Shown: in pieces, positions 60,998-64,000 of the stretch
Layout: each line of letters opens with the position of its first letter
Position numbering within the stretch: the stretch's first letter is position 1
Sequence record: NC_129898.1
Length of the DNA stretch: 64,000 nt
Source: a phage
Direction: 5' to 3' (one strand)
Notes under the pieces: model-generated
What the model was told of the DNA's origin: nothing
The model's database searches: none
The model's input: only the letters and a program-made list of their open reading frames with translations
Position numbers and translations under genes: made by a program

Positions 60998-63595
60998 ATG
61001 CGTATTCAACACAACATTGATAACGTATTTCAGATGATTGAGGGGCACAGGAAGTGCCTCGATAACAACACAGGCATTACCAATCTCCCCACGCAGAACA
61101 AACTGGTAAACCAGGATGGACTTATAGCGTCAGGTTGGTCAGGGAGTAAGATAAATAATGATTGGGCAATGCATGAAGCTCAGGCTGTGTTGATTCTGGG
61201 GTACATTGAGGCATACAGGGCATCAAAAAGCGATTTTTACCTAGATAGGGCCAAAGAAGCTTGGGAAGCCTACAACAGTCATCTTCTGGGTGCCTATGCA
61301 GTAGAAAGTAAAATGCAAAGATTGTCCCACTACCCATTATCCACAGATGGGGTTCCATCACATGGTGGATTTAAAGATGTAGTGGTGTCTTTTACCAATG
61401 GTAGAGGAAAAATCCCAGCTGGATCTCCGACATGGGGGGAATACTTAGACAAGGCATTCCAAGCGTATAACGGTGTGCTAGGAAGAAACACTGTAGACTC
61501 TGATGTTTACGGCGGCACAGATGCTAACCCAAATTGGACAACATCTGGATTAAGTTGGTGGGTTGAGTGGTATATAGCATGGGATGGTAACCGCTATTGG
61601 GCCAACGGTAGCATAGCCGACAGTGGTCATACGTCTGTAGAGTTCGGCACAATCCAACTGCAGGATAAGGGTGTTACAGGCAGCCACAAGGTAACCTACT
61701 GTGTAAGATTGCCACAAGAGCAGGGTGGATCGGTGATACCTGCTGGATCCCCTGTAATTGTAAATCCTATAAATGTGGTTGCAGACAATCAAGCCCCAGA
61801 GTTGGATGGGGAAGAAATGTGGTGTGACGCTTGTTATCAACTCTACACCTTGACAGGTGAGGAAAAGTATTACACAGCGTTTAAGCAGTCTTACAACAAG
61901 CTGCTTAATTTCAGCGATATAAATGCCTACGACAAACTGTTTAGAAAGACCACGTTAATTAAGGCACCGTTCACAGATGGTACTTGTCTAGTCGCAGGAA
62001 CAGTTCCTGTCATGAGCAGGGACAGCGACGGGTATATCAATTTTAGAATGAACGCACGTCAGCCTTGCGAAATAATTCAAAAAGGGACTACATACAAGAT
62101 AGGCAGAGATGCTGAAATTGTTATGAATTTCGGAGGAGAAGGGGTTCTGTTCCAGCCACACTTCATCCTTAACGATGGCAACAATAACAAAAAACAGTAT
62201 AGGATAGGTGTCCCTTTTGGAGGGGCAGAGGTAACAGAGACAGTTGCCAAGGTTACTGATTTCGTAGAGGTGGTTGGTAAAGATGGTAACCCGTATCTCT
62301 TACCAAAAGAGGAAAACATTGTCGTAAGCGGTGGCGCTAGTGTTAGTATGCAGTATGATACCGACATTTATAACCACTCCGACAACTTCACCCGTTGCAA
62401 CATAGCAAGAGGCAAGGTAACTTTCAATTTTGGAAGAGAGATTTCTTTAAACTCAGTAACTTATCGATCAGATGATGAGATGATAAGGGTCAAATTTCTT
62501 GACAAAGACCGTTGGTTATGGTATGCTGATCTATATGCCACTAATGGACAATGGATAACAGAAACTCTTACCCTAGGTGATTTTAAACTAGACCCAACAC
62601 AACCTCATCACACAGAAGATGAGATTAAACCTTTCTTTGCTAACCCTAAAGGAATTACCTCTGTAGATTTCAGTCTGAGCGACAGGCAGATAGGCAATGG
62701 CTTGTTCGATCTGTATTGCGTCAACACGCTGCCACAATTTTATGTTGCAGATAGGGATGCTTATCTGATCTGGTTTAGTGTATGGATGGCAAGCAAGACA
62801 GAATCAACAGCCAAGGTTGGTGATTGCTATGTCAGAAACTACAAGCAAGGTGCCTACAGGCACACCCCAGGTGTGTTCCCTGCCGGAAAGGTGATAGACA
62901 AGGAAAATTATCTCTTAGAGGAAAGGCCAAATTGGCCCTATCCTGGAATGCAATATCCGGTAGTCTACTGTATGGGTGCGGAAAACATAGATCGCCAAAG
63001 ATTGGCAAATACCATTGGATTTATGTACGACTCCCAAGTTTGGTATAACAACACATTTAAAACAGAAGGGCCAGTTGCATCTCGCTATGTATGGCAGAGG
63101 GGTAATGAGGGGTTGACTGGTTGGTGGGAGATGGTAGATAACTCTAAACTCCAATCAAGAGCCTTTGTTGCTGCGTGTCGCACACTATATGAGCTTAAGA
63201 AACATAAAGAACCTGTTGATGAAAGACTGTTCCTGTTCTGCCAGAAATGGGCATGGTTCCTCAACAGATTCCAGTCATCTCATTCCGGAAATCTTCCTAC
63301 AGACTTCAACACCTCAGGAGGATATTCTTATCAAGACAGAGGTGACAGGATGTGGGTGGTAGGTGAATGGCTTGCAGGTTGCTGCTGGCTAGGCCTTTGT
63401 GGGTATTCAGAGACAATACCTCAAATAGATATTGTTGTAGAAGCCTGTGTGAAGTTACTGCAAAAGCACCACTTCATTAACGGGGATAATGTTTTAAACG
63501 GCTGCTGGGCAGTTTCTGATCCGGTAGGCTATCACTCTGGCGAAATCCTTCGCGGTCTGGGACTTTATGCTCAATACCGTGGATTGTACCTTTAA
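60998..63595 (+). CDS. large Trp/Gly/Tyr-rich tail protein (possible receptor-binding or depolymerase-like protein)
   Basis: 865-aa ORF between two paralogous fibre-like ORFs; no catalytic motif recognised. Confidence 0.45.
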   Translation: MRIQHNIDNVFQMIEGHRKCLDNNTGITNLPTQNKLVNQDGLIASGWSGSKINNDWAMHEAQAVLILGYIEAYRASKSDFYLDRAKEAWEAYNSHLLGAYAVESKMQRLSHYPLSTDGVPSHGGFKDVVVSFTNGRGKIPAGSPTWGEYLDKAFQAYNGVLGRNTVDSDVYGGTDANPNWTTSGLSWWVEWYIAWDGNRYWANGSIADSGHTSVEFGTIQLQDKGVTGSHKVTYCVRLPQEQGGSVIPAGSPVIVNPINVVADNQAPELDGEEMWCDACYQLYTLTGEEKYYTAFKQSYNKLLNFSDINAYDKLFRKTTLIKAPFTDGTCLVAGTVPVMSRDSDGYINFRMNARQPCEIIQKGTTYKIGRDAEIVMNFGGEGVLFQPHFILNDGNNNKKQYRIGVPFGGAEVTETVAKVTDFVEVVGKDGNPYLLPKEENIVVSGGASVSMQYDTDIYNHSDNFTRCNIARGKVTFNFGREISLNSVTYRSDDEMIRVKFLDKDRWLWYADLYATNGQWITETLTLGDFKLDPTQPHHTEDEIKPFFANPKGITSVDFSLSDRQIGNGLFDLYCVNTLPQFYVADRDAYLIWFSVWMASKTESTAKVGDCYVRNYKQGAYRHTPGVFPAGKVIDKENYLLEERPNWPYPGMQYPVVYCMGAENIDRQRLANTIGFMYDSQVWYNNTFKTEGPVASRYVWQRGNEGLTGWWEMVDNSKLQSRAFVAACRTLYELKKHKEPVDERLFLFCQKWAWFLNRFQSSHSGNLPTDFNTSGGYSYQDRGDRMWVVGEWLAGCCWLGLCGYSETIPQIDIVVEACVKLLQKHHFINGDNVLNGCWAVSDPVGYHSGEILRGLGLYAQYRGLYL

Positions 63596-63599
63596 CATA

Positions 63600-63620
63600 G
63601 GGGGCTGTTTGCCCCCTTTC
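63600..63620 (+). terminator. terminator-like hairpin
   Basis: GGGGGC-TGTTT-GCCCCC followed by TTTC (short U-tract). Confidence 0.4.
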
Positions 63621-63630
63621 AGGAGAAAGA

Positions 63631-64000
63631 ATGGCTGATATTAAAGTTGTCAGAATTGAATCTCTTCCTGCCACTACCGCAGTGGCAGAGGATGATTACC
63701 TGGTTGTTCAACAACCAGACCTGACCCGTCGTGTAAAAATTGGCGATGTTGTCCATATAGATGGGACTGTTTCTCATGTAATCTCCTTTAAGGAAGGTGG
63801 TAAGTTAAACGGCCCAATGGATTTTGCCTACTTCGAAGAGGAAGACCTCTACCTGCGTTGGAAAGGCGAATTTCCGCACACTGTTCCTGCACTGTCTTCA
63901 CCGTACGCCGATGGTGGGATTACCGATGCTGCATGGATGGTATATACAGACCCGTCCTTAAGAGAGGAGCTGGAGTCTACCATTGGCGCATCTATGATCA
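63631..64000 (+). CDS. fibre-like protein (5' part; runs off the window)
   Basis: ATG 63631 with GGAGA RBS; N-terminus EDDYLVVQQPDLTRRVKIGDVV ... FKEGGKL ... DFAY paralogous to 60328..60996. Confidence 0.5.
   Translation, partial: MADIKVVRIESLPATTAVAEDDYLVVQQPDLTRRVKIGDVVHIDGTVSHVISFKEGGKLNGPMDFAYFEEEDLYLRWKGEFPHTVPALSSPYADGGITDAAWMVYTDPSLREELESTIGASMI

Overview
This window reads as a contiguous segment of a large tailed dsDNA bacteriophage genome with contractile-tail (myovirus-like) morphogenesis genes. It is gene-dense and splits into two transcription blocks that diverge at about 36.05-36.13 kb. (i) Minus-strand block 35-36034: about 70 tightly packed, often translationally coupled genes. 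These include many small paralogous ORFs of unknown function, a ribosome hibernation factor homolog, nucleotide metabolism (nrdA, nrdB, nrdH, nrdD interrupted by an HNH endonuclease, nrdG, a ThyX-like protein, dNMP kinase, HAD nucleotidase, PhoH), DNA replication/repair/recombination enzymes (ATP-dependent DNA ligase, FEN/RNase H-like 5' nuclease, DEDD exonuclease, endonuclease VII, RuvC-like resolvase, two DNA methyltransferases), an endolysin, a Sir2-like protein, a MazG-like protein and a ligase-family nucleotidyltransferase. (ii) Plus-strand block 36135-64000: a kinase / metallophosphoesterase / HTH operon, an ORF-free interval carrying a 4x palindromic operator array and GC-rich structured sequence, a cluster of six canonical tRNA genes plus one atypical tRNA-like element, a spanin pair, then the structural module (large terminase, portal, scaffold, capsid, sheath, tube, frameshifted chaperone, tape measure, baseplate and fibre-like proteins) punctuated by strong intrinsic terminators. 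No integrase, CRISPR array or rRNA was seen. The most notable candidates are a split heal-and-seal RNA repair module beside the tRNA cluster, a zinc-less Sir2 homolog, and the operator array with its adjacent structured non-coding block. All calls rest on motif reading by eye; no database search or folding was run.
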